A DNA stretch of 64,000 nucleotides from Syntrophorhabdaceae bacterium (GCA_963665295.1 OY762209.1:2976001-3040000), one strand, 5' to 3'; numbered from the stretch's first letter, positions 7,727-17,511 are shown. A program made the numbers and translations. The notes: generated by a model not told the origin, from the letters alone.

Positions 7727-9426
7727 TATTTCCTCTCCATGGGAGCATAGTTCGTTATCACTACGTCCTTAAAGGAGATGGACGGCGTTCCGTCATCACC
7801 TATTTTCGCAATGGTGTGCTTGAGCCAATTCGCATCGTCCCGTTGAGGGAAATCTCTGCGGAAATGGGCGCCCCTGCTTTCTTCCCGCAGGAGGGCCCCG
7901 AGGGCTATGGTGTGGGCGACCTCCAGCATGTATTCGAGTTCCAGCGCGTTCATAAGCTCGTAATTCATGTGCAGGGAGGGGGACGAAACATGGACGAGCT
8001 TATATCTCTCCTTGATCCCGGAGATATCTGCAAGGGCCTTTTCGATCTCCTCTTTCTTTCTGAAGATCCCTACGCAGGCGCTCATGGTTCTGCTGAGGTC
8101 AAGCTGTATCTTGAAGGGCCGCTCATTACCTTCGGTGAAAAGCCGCCGGACCTTCTCTTCTATGTCCGCCTTTCGCCGCATGAGAAGGCCTTCGTCGGGT
8201 CGAGGGGGGTCTTCCTGGAGGTACCGCGCTATGGAGAAGGATGCCAGCTTGCCGAAGACAATGGTATCGAGCAACGAATTGCCGCCGAGCCTGTTCGCGC
8301 CGTGAACGCTCACGCACGCGCACTCTCCTGCCGCGTAAAACCCCCTGATTCCGGTCTCGCACCTCTCGTTGGTATCGATGCCTCCCATGGAGTAATGCTG
8401 GCACGGCATTATGGGGATCGGCTCGCGCACGGGGTCGATGCCGATGAAATCGATGCATATCTTTCTGATGCCGGGGAGTTTCTCCTGGATCTTCTTCTCT
8501 CCCAGATGCCTGAGGTCGAGTTTTATGTACTTGCCTAAAGGATGCTCGAATCCCCTTCCTTCGTCGATCTCCGTCTGTATGCACCTCGACACGATATCCC
8601 TGGGTGCGAGTTCCATAGCGGCGGGGACATATCTCTGCATGAACCTTTCATCGAGGTTGTTTACGAGGTAGCCGCCTTCACCCCTGCACGCCTCTGTCAT
8701 AAGGATATTTGTGCCTATGAGGGCGGTGGGGTGAAACTGGACGAATTCCATATCCTTTATGGGTGCGCCCGCCTTGTAGGCGGCGCCTATGCCGCTTCCC
8801 GTATTGATAAGGGCGTTCGTGGAATAGTAATATACCCTCCCGTATCCGCCCGTGGCGAAGAGGGTTGTCTTCGCCAGGATGGGCACGATCTCGCCCTTGA
8901 GAAGATCGAAGGCTATGACCCCGTGGCATTGCCCGTCCCGGGCGACGAGGTCCACGACGAACCATTCGGGATAGACCCTGACGCCCTTTGACACCGCCCT
9001 CTCGTAGAGGGTGTTGAGGAGCACATGTCCCGTGATGTCGGCGGAATAACAGGTCCTCGGATATCCTGCCCCTCCGAAGGGCCTCTGGGCGATGGACCTG
9101 TCGGGAAACCGGCTGAAAGGACAGCCCCAGTGCTCCATTTCATAGACGATCTTCGGCGCTTCCCTGCACATCAGTTCCACGGCGTCCTGGTCGGAGAGGT
9201 AGTCGCTCCCCTTCACCGTATCGAAAGCGTGCTTCTCCCATGTGTCGTCCTTCCCGTCCGGGTTGTTTGCGAGGGCCGCATTGATACCACCCTGGGCCGC
9301 GATCGAATGGGACCTGATGGGATGGACCTTGGACAGGATTGCAACATCGTAGGTTTCGCACAAGCCCACTGCTGCCCGGAGCCCTGCGAGGCCTCCGCCG
9401 ACGATGAGAATGTCATGACGAAGCAT
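7723..9426 (-). CDS. sdhA: Succinate dehydrogenase/fumarate reductase flavoprotein
   Basis: GGGLAG, RSHSIAAQGG (covalent FAD His), QFHPT, EACRGEGG, ELAPRD, HYSMGG, HGANRLGGNSL. Confidence 0.95.
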   Translation of the reverse strand: MLRHDILIVGGGLAGLRAAVGLCETYDVAILSKVHPIRSHSIAAQGGINAALANNPDGKDDTWEKHAFDTVKGSDYLSDQDAVELMCREAPKIVYEMEHWGCPFSRFPDRSIAQRPFGGAGYPRTCYSADITGHVLLNTLYERAVSKGVRVYPEWFVVDLVARDGQCHGVIAFDLLKGEIVPILAKTTLFATGGYGRVYYYSTNALINTGSGIGAAYKAGAPIKDMEFVQFHPTALIGTNILMTEACRGEGGYLVNNLDERFMQRYVPAAMELAPRDIVSRCIQTEIDEGRGFEHPLGKYIKLDLRHLGEKKIQEKLPGIRKICIDFIGIDPVREPIPIMPCQHYSMGGIDTNERCETGIRGFYAAGECACVSVHGANRLGGNSLLDTIVFGKLASFSIARYLQEDPPRPDEGLLMRRKADIEEKVRRLFTEGNERPFKIQLDLSRTMSACVGIFRKKEEIEKALADISGIKERYKLVHVSSPSLHMNYELMNALELEYMLEVAHTIALGALLREESRGAHFRRDFPQRDDANWLKHTIAKIGDDGTPSISFKDVVITNYAPMERKY

Positions 9427-9429
9427 GGG

Positions 9430-9735
9430 TTATGTCATCTTGAAATAGATGATCAGCAAGGCCGCGGAGATGATCGATGCGGTTACCTGGGACAGCCAGA
9501 ACAACCTCTTTTCCTTTCTGTACCCAAGGTCTATGGCTATGGTTCTGAGGCCATAGATGCTGTGGAAGGTGAAGAGGACCATGAGCAGCACATCGAGGGT
9601 GGGCTGCCGGTGCAGGCTTAAGGCCCAGTCGGGTTTCGTCTCCTTCGTGAAGAGAAAGAAGCCGGAAAACACCTTTATTCCCACGAGGGCTATGAGAAAG
9701 ACCCCACTGATCCTGTGAAAAAGCCATATGAACAT
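9430..9735 (-). CDS. sdhC: Succinate dehydrogenase membrane anchor (single 3-TM subunit)
   Basis: HRISG and FHSIYGLRTIAID motifs, three hydrophobic segments, 3 nt before sdhA. Confidence 0.8.
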   Translation of the reverse strand: MFIWLFHRISGVFLIALVGIKVFSGFFLFTKETKPDWALSLHRQPTLDVLLMVLFTFHSIYGLRTIAIDLGYRKEKRLFWLSQVTASIISAALLIIYFKMT

Positions 9736-9837
9736 GATAGTTGTTATCTAGCAACAATCCATTTCTTTGTCAAGGGCAATTATGGACGGAGATTTGGCTT
9801 GACAAATACGCGCGCAATGGTCTATTAGATACGTTCA

Positions 9838-9981
9838 TGGCTCGATGTAGCTGTGCCCGCAGGCCGGATAGTGAAATCAATCCCATTTTTAGTTCCGCCG
9901 AATTACCGCGCAAGATGACGGGGACTTTAGACTACGGGAAAGACCGGGAATCGCCGGTATGCCGGTCGGGAGCTATAACCA
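9838..9981 (+). ncRNA. Candidate structured RNA (rod with central bubble, 6S-like architecture) or structured leader
   Basis: Manual pairing of ends: TGTAGCT/AGCTATA, CCCG/CGGG, GCCGG/CCGGT, ATA/TAT; inner TCCC/GGGA and AGTTCC/GGGACT; TTGACA at 9799-9804 upstream. Confidence 0.3.
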
Positions 9982-10008
9982 CAATAATTCCGGGAGGTGC
10001 GAGGAAGC

Positions 10009-10512
10009 ATGGCGGACTATGACGATGAAAGGCCGGATTGGCGCGAGATCGATAGAAAGAGAGATCGAAGCGGTCACGGAGGCGGGGGAGGAAAAGAAGA
10101 GAAGAAAGACCGTCCCCCGGACAGATGGGCGGCCGGGAGGAGAAAAGAGGCGTTAGACAGGCTCTTTATGGGCGAGAAAGGCACCATCGAGCACGATAAA
10201 GCCTACCGCAAACTGCACAACGCATACGGGTCCGAGAGATTTGCCGCCACCGCGAAGAAATATTTCGAGAAGTACGGCCCCCCTGATGATACGCCCACTC
10301 TCATACTCGTTCTCGATACAAAAGACGAAGATATCATACTCAAGGTCTTTGAGAAGTTTACTGCCACATATTCGCAACTTTCAACCCGCCACAAAGAGGA
10401 CATACTGAGAAAGCTGTCGATCATGGCGCTTACCGACAAGTCCAGGGAGATGCGGGCACAGGCGCAGAAATTGATGGAGGAACTGAACAACAGGGCGCAA
10501 GAGGCGGGATAA
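10009..10512 (+). CDS. Hypothetical helical protein
   Basis: GAGGA then ATG at 10009; charged N-terminus WREIDRKRDRS followed by a helical domain. Confidence 0.7.
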   Translation: MADYDDERPDWREIDRKRDRSGHGGGGGKEEKKDRPPDRWAAGRRKEALDRLFMGEKGTIEHDKAYRKLHNAYGSERFAATAKKYFEKYGPPDDTPTLILVLDTKDEDIILKVFEKFTATYSQLSTRHKEDILRKLSIMALTDKSREMRAQAQKLMEELNNRAQEAG

Positions 10513-10520
10513 TCCGCATA

Positions 10521-12869
10521 TCAGCCCTTTGAGTCCAGTATATCCCTTATCTTGGCCGCGAGGTCGTCAGGCATGATCGGTTTTGTGAGGAAGTGTATAT
10601 CCTCCTCGTAAATACCCCGCCTGTGGATAATATCCGCCGTGTAACCACTTATAAACAGGGCCTTTACCTCCGGTCTGATCTCTTTGATCCTTTCGTACAC
10701 GATCCGGCCGTTCTTTTTCGGCATAATCACGTCAAGAATAACGAGGCTGACGAGGTCCACCCCATTTATGAATTTCTCGATGGCATCGTCTCCGTCGATG
10801 GCTTCCACCACGGTGTATCCGAACTTTTCGAGTACTTCTCTGATGAGCGCCCGTGAATGGGCGTCGTCTTCCGCAAGGAGGAGGGTCTCCGACCCCCCCA
10901 CGATTCTTCTCGGCTTCTGGGCTGTTTCTTCCTCCTCCAGAGGCCGTATGAGAGGCAGATATATTTCGAAACCGGTACCCAGGCCCGGCTCGCTTCGGGC
11001 GTTGATATACCCGTTGTGCTGTTTGACAATGCCGTACACGATGGACAACCCGAGTCCCGTCCCCCTGCCCACCTCCTTTGTGGTAAAAAAGGGTTCAAAA
11101 ATATGTTCCATTGTCTCTTTGTCCATGCCCTTGCCCGAGTCGGACACGGTGATGCAGGCATACATTCCGGGTTTTCCGAAACCGAGGGCCTCGCACGCGA
11201 TGCTGTCCAGTGTTACCTGTTCCGTGGCGATTGAAAAGGAGCCGCCGTCGGCCATGGAATCCCGCGCATTGGTGGCGAGATTCATGAGTATCTGCTCTAT
11301 CTGGCCGGGGTCCGCAAATACGGTGACATTTCTTGTGTCATAACTCGTCTTGAGTTCAATGTCTTCGCCCATAAGCCTTACGAGAAGACGCTCCACCTTC
11401 CTTATCGCGTCGTTGAGGTCCACGGCCTTGGGCGCCATCACCTGTTTCCTGCTGAATGCGAGAAGCCCCTGGGTGAGATGGGTTGCTCTCTCCGCTGAGG
11501 CGAGGATGGGGTCGATGTATGCCTTTGTGGGATGGTCGTCGCCCATTTTCATGCGGAGCAGGCTTGCGTATCCGATAATCGCGGTGAGGATATTGTTGAA
11601 ATCATGGGCAACGCCCCCCGCGAGCTGCCCTATGGCCTCTATCTTCTGGGACTGGCGGAGTTGCGCTTCAAGGCGTTTGAGTTCGGTAAGATCGAGAAAA
11701 GAGGCGACCGTCAAGGTCGAGCCCGGCACAACGGCGGCGCTTACATAAACGTCGTGTGTCATCTTGTCCCGGTCCATGAAACGGGCCTCGTAGCCCTTAG
11801 GGGCGACATCGGGGCTGCTCTTCCTCAGTTCGCGGTAATGGGTTACCTCCTCGAGCATATCCGCGGGACAGAACTCCATCCATGTCATTATGCCCTCGAT
11901 TTCCCCCCTCTTATATCCGGAGAGATGCTCAAAAGCCGTGTTTACCATGGCTATCATGCCATTCTCGTCCAGTATCAGGTTTGCGTTGCCGGTAGTCTCG
12001 AAGATGGTGCGGTACCTGTACTCCGATTCGACAAGGGCGTTTTCCGCGCGGAGACGCTCGGCCAATTCCTTCTGAAGCTGCGTGTTTGTGGTGGTCAACT
12101 GGGCCGTCCGTTCATATACAAGTTCTTCGAGGTTCTTCCGGTACGAACGAAGCTCCGCGTCACGGGTCTCAATGTTGGTCACCATCTGGTTGAACCCCTC
12201 GGCGAGGAGGCCGATCTCATCCTTGCCATGGATTCGCGCTCTCACCGAGTAGTCCTTGTCCCTGGAAATCGTGCGCATCAGCGCCGCCAGTTCAAAGATA
12301 GGCCTCGTGACCGCCGCCTGAAGTTTCGTGAGCAGGAGATAGCTCATGAGGAGAGAAACGCCCATGACCGCGAAAAAGATCAGGGCGTACCGGGCCATTC
12401 TCGAATAGAAATGGGTCATGTCCGACCTGATGTACAGGGTCCCCACGGTTTCGCCGTCGAATTGGATCTGGCGGTAGAGATCGAGGTGTCTCATGCCGAA
12501 GTGGTACATATGGTTCCTGGGAAGGACGGCATGATGGGAAAAGGTGATACTGTTCCGCCAGTAGGTGGTGAATATGGCCCCGTTGCCGTCGTAGAGCACG
12601 GCACACTGGATTGAGGGTATGGCTTTGAGGGTGTCGAGGACTTCCCGGGCGCTCTTATTGTCCCTGAAGATAAGAGCTGATTTGACGTTTGAGCCCAAAG
12701 TCTCGGCCACTCCGGTGAGATCGTTGACCATGGACCGCCGCATGGATACGAGTTCCGTCGTGATGAATACAGCGCTCGCGAGAACAAGAGCCAGGGCGGT
12801 GGTGAAGGTGCACAGCAGCACCAGTTTATCCTTAATCGGAAGATCGTTAAAGGCCTTGAATGTTTTCAT
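10521..12869 (-). CDS. Membrane hybrid histidine kinase (periplasmic sensor-HAMP-PAS-HisKA-HATPase-REC)
   Basis: Two TMs, HAMP (DEIGLLAEGFNQM), AHDFNNIL, FEPFFTTK..GRGTGLGL, receiver LLAEDD...LDVIMP...KP. Confidence 0.93.
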   Translation of the reverse strand: MKTFKAFNDLPIKDKLVLLCTFTTALALVLASAVFITTELVSMRRSMVNDLTGVAETLGSNVKSALIFRDNKSAREVLDTLKAIPSIQCAVLYDGNGAIFTTYWRNSITFSHHAVLPRNHMYHFGMRHLDLYRQIQFDGETVGTLYIRSDMTHFYSRMARYALIFFAVMGVSLLMSYLLLTKLQAAVTRPIFELAALMRTISRDKDYSVRARIHGKDEIGLLAEGFNQMVTNIETRDAELRSYRKNLEELVYERTAQLTTTNTQLQKELAERLRAENALVESEYRYRTIFETTGNANLILDENGMIAMVNTAFEHLSGYKRGEIEGIMTWMEFCPADMLEEVTHYRELRKSSPDVAPKGYEARFMDRDKMTHDVYVSAAVVPGSTLTVASFLDLTELKRLEAQLRQSQKIEAIGQLAGGVAHDFNNILTAIIGYASLLRMKMGDDHPTKAYIDPILASAERATHLTQGLLAFSRKQVMAPKAVDLNDAIRKVERLLVRLMGEDIELKTSYDTRNVTVFADPGQIEQILMNLATNARDSMADGGSFSIATEQVTLDSIACEALGFGKPGMYACITVSDSGKGMDKETMEHIFEPFFTTKEVGRGTGLGLSIVYGIVKQHNGYINARSEPGLGTGFEIYLPLIRPLEEEETAQKPRRIVGGSETLLLAEDDAHSRALIREVLEKFGYTVVEAIDGDDAIEKFINGVDLVSLVILDVIMPKKNGRIVYERIKEIRPEVKALFISGYTADIIHRRGIYEEDIHFLTKPIMPDDLAAKIRDILDSKG

Positions 12870-13007
12870 AGTACCCTCACTGTTCGGCGCGCACAATTCT
12901 CGCGAGTTTCAGCAACTGGGAGCTTATGGTCAATTTCGCACGTCTCGCACTGTCCTGGTTGATCTGGAATCTGACCCTATTCCGCTCCATGTGGAAATTT
13001 ATAATTA

Positions 13008-14682
13008 GTCTCCATCCGGAAACCCCCATTTTCGAGCAAGCCCCCGGTCTATTGCCAGGGTGGGCGCTCAGCCGTCCGGTGATTCCGTCATCCCTTTTCG
13101 GATTTCACTCCATCGGGCCCGTTTTCCCCAGAGTCAGGGCGTAGCTCACCCTTGTCCCCTTGAGAAAATAGTCTTCTCTCATCATGAGGCCATCCTGATG
13201 CGGGCGATGACGAGAAGATTGTAGGAGACGATACTGGAGAGCACGTACCGGGCAAACCCTTCCCATCCTGTCCACGTCGCCCGGTCAAGGCCGAAGGACC
13301 GTTTCAATGTGGAGATGCCTGCTTCAATGCCCGCCCGGAAGTTCCTGAGCTTCTTGTAGACCCAGGTGCTCTTTGCCATGTCGAGGATGGAGAGCCCCCT
13401 CTTTCTGGCGAAGACGGCATCCTTGATATGGTTCTCCTTCGCATAGGCGAGGTTCTCTTTTGAGGCAAAGCCCCCGTCGGCCGTCACTTGGCGAGGCATC
13501 TTCCCGTACCACTCCTTATGCTGCTCAAGGAGGGATTGATACTGGTCGGTATCAGCGGGGTTGCCCGGGACGATGAGACACCCGATGATCATGGTGGAGC
13601 GTCCTCCTGTAAGGAACACCTTATGGCCGTACTCGGTATCCCTCCTCCCCTTCACGATGATGTCCGTGTGGTCCTCGAAGAAAGAGACGATCTTCTCGGA
13701 GGCGGGGACCTTCTCGTTCTTGAAGACTCTCCGGTCGGTCTGGTCGATGACCTTCCCGAGTATGCCCACGGCGCGTTCAAGTCTCCGGGCAAGCTCGCGG
13801 GCAGCGAAGGTGTCCATGAGATTATCGCCCTCGTAGGGGATGAGTTCGGTGATCGCCTCTTCGGCATATCCCTTCACGAGATTCGCATAGTGGAGGAGGT
13901 CCTTGTAGGCGCTCTTCCGTGTTCTGTCGTTCTTTGCATTGAGGATCGTCATGAGCTTCTTCTTGGCTACTCTCCTATGGTCACTGTAGGCATACCGGGG
14001 CACGGGAGCAAGCTCCTTCCCTTCGGTGAGTAACCGGGTAATGACGCGGATGCCGTCCACGATGAGCGATGAGTCGGTGGGGTGGTGGATGTTGGTCTCC
14101 ACCGTGGTGGAGTCTACTCTTACCACGCGGCCGGATTCTATCTTCTCCTTTACCGCGTAGCGGTTTACTTCCTGAATGATCGCCTCCCAGGTTTCTTCCC
14201 GTATCGCCTTTATGTTCTCCTGAAGGACCGATTTGGAGGGGTACTGTCCCATCTCCAATCTCGCGAAACTGCGGAGTGCGTCGGAGTCTTCCATGTGGAA
14301 GGCAAGCTCTTCATACGTCAGTTGGCGGTACTGCTTGAGTATGGCGATCCGGAGCACCTGTTCCGCGGTGAGCCCCTCTCTTCCCGTGTCGGTGCGACAG
14401 AAGGAGGTCATATCCCCGAAGACCAGATCCAGAAGGCGGGGATTGGCGTCTATGACCTTTGACATCTCCTGAAGCTCCTTTACGATAGAATGGCGCATCA
14501 TGGGGGAGAAGAGGCCTGTCTGGGGGTTGAATTTCTGGCGCATTCCGGAATCCTTTCTGAAGGCGTTAGGTAATGATATTGCCTTGTTACAACCATATTG
14601 TACCTCAGATGAGGGGCGAAACTCCAGGGGAATGTGGGGATTTGGGCAAATATTTCATGGGGTTAGGTTTCCGGATGGAGAC
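13008..14682 (-). mobile_element. Insertion sequence, 1675 bp (ISNCY/IS5-like DDE)
   Basis: Perfect 17-bp terminal inverted repeats GTCTCCATCCGGAAACC (13008-13024, 14666-14682); direct repeat TAATTA at 13002-13007 and 14683-14688. Confidence 0.95.
13182..14543 (-). CDS. DDE transposase (ISNCY-like)
   Basis: RVDSTTVETNIHHPTDS, TADGGF, RNFRAGIEAGISTLKRSFGL; intact 453 aa. Confidence 0.93.
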   Translation of the reverse strand: MRQKFNPQTGLFSPMMRHSIVKELQEMSKVIDANPRLLDLVFGDMTSFCRTDTGREGLTAEQVLRIAILKQYRQLTYEELAFHMEDSDALRSFARLEMGQYPSKSVLQENIKAIREETWEAIIQEVNRYAVKEKIESGRVVRVDSTTVETNIHHPTDSSLIVDGIRVITRLLTEGKELAPVPRYAYSDHRRVAKKKLMTILNAKNDRTRKSAYKDLLHYANLVKGYAEEAITELIPYEGDNLMDTFAARELARRLERAVGILGKVIDQTDRRVFKNEKVPASEKIVSFFEDHTDIIVKGRRDTEYGHKVFLTGGRSTMIIGCLIVPGNPADTDQYQSLLEQHKEWYGKMPRQVTADGGFASKENLAYAKENHIKDAVFARKRGLSILDMAKSTWVYKKLRNFRAGIEAGISTLKRSFGLDRATWTGWEGFARYVLSSIVSYNLLVIARIRMAS

Positions 14683-15126
14683 TAATTACGCCCTGTTCCG
14701 CATATCCTCCCGTATCGCCTATGGTCAGCACCGCCGAGTCCCTCAGGGCTTCCATAATGCGGGGAAGGCGTTCCTTCTCCGACCCGCTGATAAAGAGTAT
14801 GTGACAATCTCTTGCTTCCTTCAGAGAGGAAGTGTGTCTCAATTCTATGATTCTTCCCTTCACGGTCTTGCCTTCTATCAGGTCGAGGGCCCTGCCGAAG
14901 GGGTCGGCTCCGAGGACACAGAAGGTGATGCTGTTTTTCGAGTCAGGCAGATGCCTGTCCGGCCATTCCACGAATTTGGCTATATTATAAATGAAACCGG
15001 CCTTCACTTCATACTCGGTAAAACGCGCTTCATCCGCACGGCAGGGAAAGGGGTTCGACCACATGAGGGCCAGGAGCGTGCAGAGCAGTAATCTTGTAAG
15101 GATAGATTGCGCCTTCAACGTCTCCC

Positions 15127-17191
15127 TCAAAACCTGTAGGTGAGCTTGAGCCTGAAATGCCGCCCATCCTGCAGGATCATGGACTCACGATTTTCGTTTG
15201 AAACCGGGTCCCCATATTTCTTGTCGAAAAGGTTATATACACTTGCGGAGATGTCGGCGTCCTTTATCAGTTCCTGGCTGAGAAGGGTGAGATTGGCCAC
15301 GACAAAGCCGCCCGCGGAGCCCCCCCTGGACGGTCCTCCGCCAGCTTGTGTATTGAAGCTCGAAGCCCGTGGAGAGTTTTTTCTGAATAAGGGGCGTATA
15401 GAGGTTCAGCTTCGCGAGGTGTCTGGGCGAATTCGCGAGCATACTCCCCGTTTCCATGTCGGTGCTTTGCTGGAGAGCGTAGCTTGCCTTCCCTTCCATG
15501 CCGTTCGACCATTTGGCCTCGGCGCCGAGCTCCACACCCTTGGCTTCGGTTTTTCCTGCGTTCCTGAACACGAGGAGTCCGTCGGAGGGATCGGTCTGAA
15601 GGGTTATAAGGTCGCGGATCTTGTAATAGTAACTTGATGCGCTGAATCTGTAGTTCTTTACATATTGTTCGAGGACAACCTCATAAGTAGTTATCGTTTC
15701 CGGTTTCAGGTCGGGGTTTGCCTTCTGGCTTGTCCCTCCGTCGCTGTAGTAAAGCTCATATACGTTCGGGGCCCGGAAAGCCTGGCCGTAAAGGAGTTTT
15801 ACCGTGGTCTTCTCGAAAGGATTGTAGATGAGGCCTATCCGCGGGCTTGTAGTGCTTCCGAAGGTCTTGTAGTAATCGTACCGGACGCCGGCATTGAGGA
15901 GCAGGTTGTCCGCTATGGTAAACTGATCCTGCACGTGGGCGGCCCAGATGTACGAACTCCCTGTATTGATCAGGTACTGGGCATAGGGATACTGGTCGTA
16001 GTTGCGTTGCTTCTGGAGGTAGTTGTCCTGATATTCCATGCCCGCGATCACTTTATGTCTATCGAAGAGCGTCCGGGTGAGTTGAAGGTCGGTTCCCCAC
16101 CACTTGCCTGTGGCATCGTCCTTGTTGATGGTAAGGGGTGGATAGTTGAAAAGGTAGTTTCCACTGAAGTGATAATAATCGTAGAAAACCCTTGCCTTCA
16201 CATTGGTGAGTTTCCCAATGTCCCTGTTGTATTTCAGGTCGAGATAACCCCTCACATCAGTATCCCTGGTATGGCTGTCATTGAAGACCGTTCCATAACT
16301 CCCTGTAGGGACCCCCTTCTCCCTTGATACATAAGCCCCTTCAAGGGTGAAGTCGGCAAGTTTGAAATTTCCGAAAAGACTGCCGGACTTTTCATGGTCG
16401 CAGGAGTCGGCCCTGCCGTTGTTGGTGGCGGGCGAGTTATACTCCTGGAAGTAGAGACTCTGGCCCTTACTCGTATAATTGGTGCCGGAGAGAAGCATCT
16501 CGAAGCCGTGGGCAAACTTTTTGCCGAAGGTAGCCCGTTGTTTATAAGTATCAAAGCTTGCCGCTTCTCCCGAAACCTCGAAGCCGTTATACTGTCCTGG
16601 TTTTTTTGTGTAAACGTTGATTACGCCGAAAAAGGCGTTGTTGCCGTAAAGGGAGGAGCCCGGCCCCCTTATGACCTCAACGCGGTCTATGAGATCCACA
16701 TCAAGGATGAATTCATTTCCGATTGACGCCGTGTCATAGATATTGTCATTGATGCGGTGACCGTCCACGAGGAGAAGCACCCGCGTGTTGTAGTCGCCTG
16801 GCCTGGAAAAGCCCCGGGTACCTATGTACGCGTATGCGCGGTCATAGAATGTGAAGAACCCCCGCACGCTTCGCAAGATATCGGCGAGGTTCCTGTAACC
16901 GTACCTCTTGATGTCGAGTTCACTTACAATGCTTACGGACGCGGGAGCCTCAGTCACCTTTTGCGTGAACTTGGAAGCCCCGTACACGGTGGCGACTTCA
17001 ACCTCCATAAGTTGCTCGATACTGAGGTCGGTAACGGAGGGATGACCGTTCCCTTCCGCCCCATGGGCTATACGGCCGTGTCCCGCTATTGTGCCGCACA
17101 TGAATACAAGGAGAAGGAACGAGACAAAAGGGCACCCTTTTCTTGTTATGGGGGAAGGGAAGAGTGAAGCAAGGAAGTCCTTCATATTCAT
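15127..17191 (-). pseudogene. TonB-dependent receptor with a +1 frameshift in a G7 tract
   Basis: Plug motifs LLVDG and IDRVEVIRGPGSSLYG; removing one G at 15320-15326 gives ...SVYNLFDKKY...DGRHFRLKLTYRF* (C-terminal Phe), 687 aa. Confidence 0.88.
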
Positions 17192-17301
17192 GCCTTAACT
17201 GTGGGATGCCGCCTGTATCTACCTAAATCGACCGTGGAGGAGAGATAGGTAAGGAACGGGCCGGAACGTCCTTACGGATGAATCGGGTGGCGTTCGGAAG
17301 G

Positions 17302-17493
17302 TCAGGAATGTTCCGCTATGAAGCGGCGAAACGACCTGTCATATGTCTTTTCCCCTTCCCTGGAAAAAAAGCACCCGGGCAGTTGATCCTTCTTCCTGTG
17401 ATAGGCTACGCACTCGCAGCACTTGGCCTTCCTGCTACAGCCTTCATACGAACAGGTGCAGAAAACCATATTCTTTTCTATTGTGCAGTCCAT
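17302..17493 (-). CDS. Small Cys-rich protein (DUF6485-like)
   Basis: CTCSY..CSRKAKCCECVAYH...LPGCFF...TYDRS; GGGAG upstream. Confidence 0.75.
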   Translation of the reverse strand: MDCTIEKNMVFCTCSYEGCSRKAKCCECVAYHRKKDQLPGCFFSREGEKTYDRSFRRFIAEHS

Positions 17494-17511
17494 TGGCAGT
17501 ATTCTTCTCCC

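Larger units (their letters stand above)
12877..15130 (-). pseudogene. YfiR/DUF4154-family periplasmic protein interrupted by an IS
   Basis: N-part EYEVKAGFIYNIAKFVEWP...GYAEQGV; C-part IINFHMERNRVRFQINQDSARRAKLTISSQLLKLARIV at 13007-12877; removing the IS and one TAATTA restores 190 aa in frame. Confidence 0.9.

Noticed and set aside
17192..17301. Cobalamin or other riboswitch upstream of the TonB receptor
   Set aside because: Region is short and lacks recognisable riboswitch motifs
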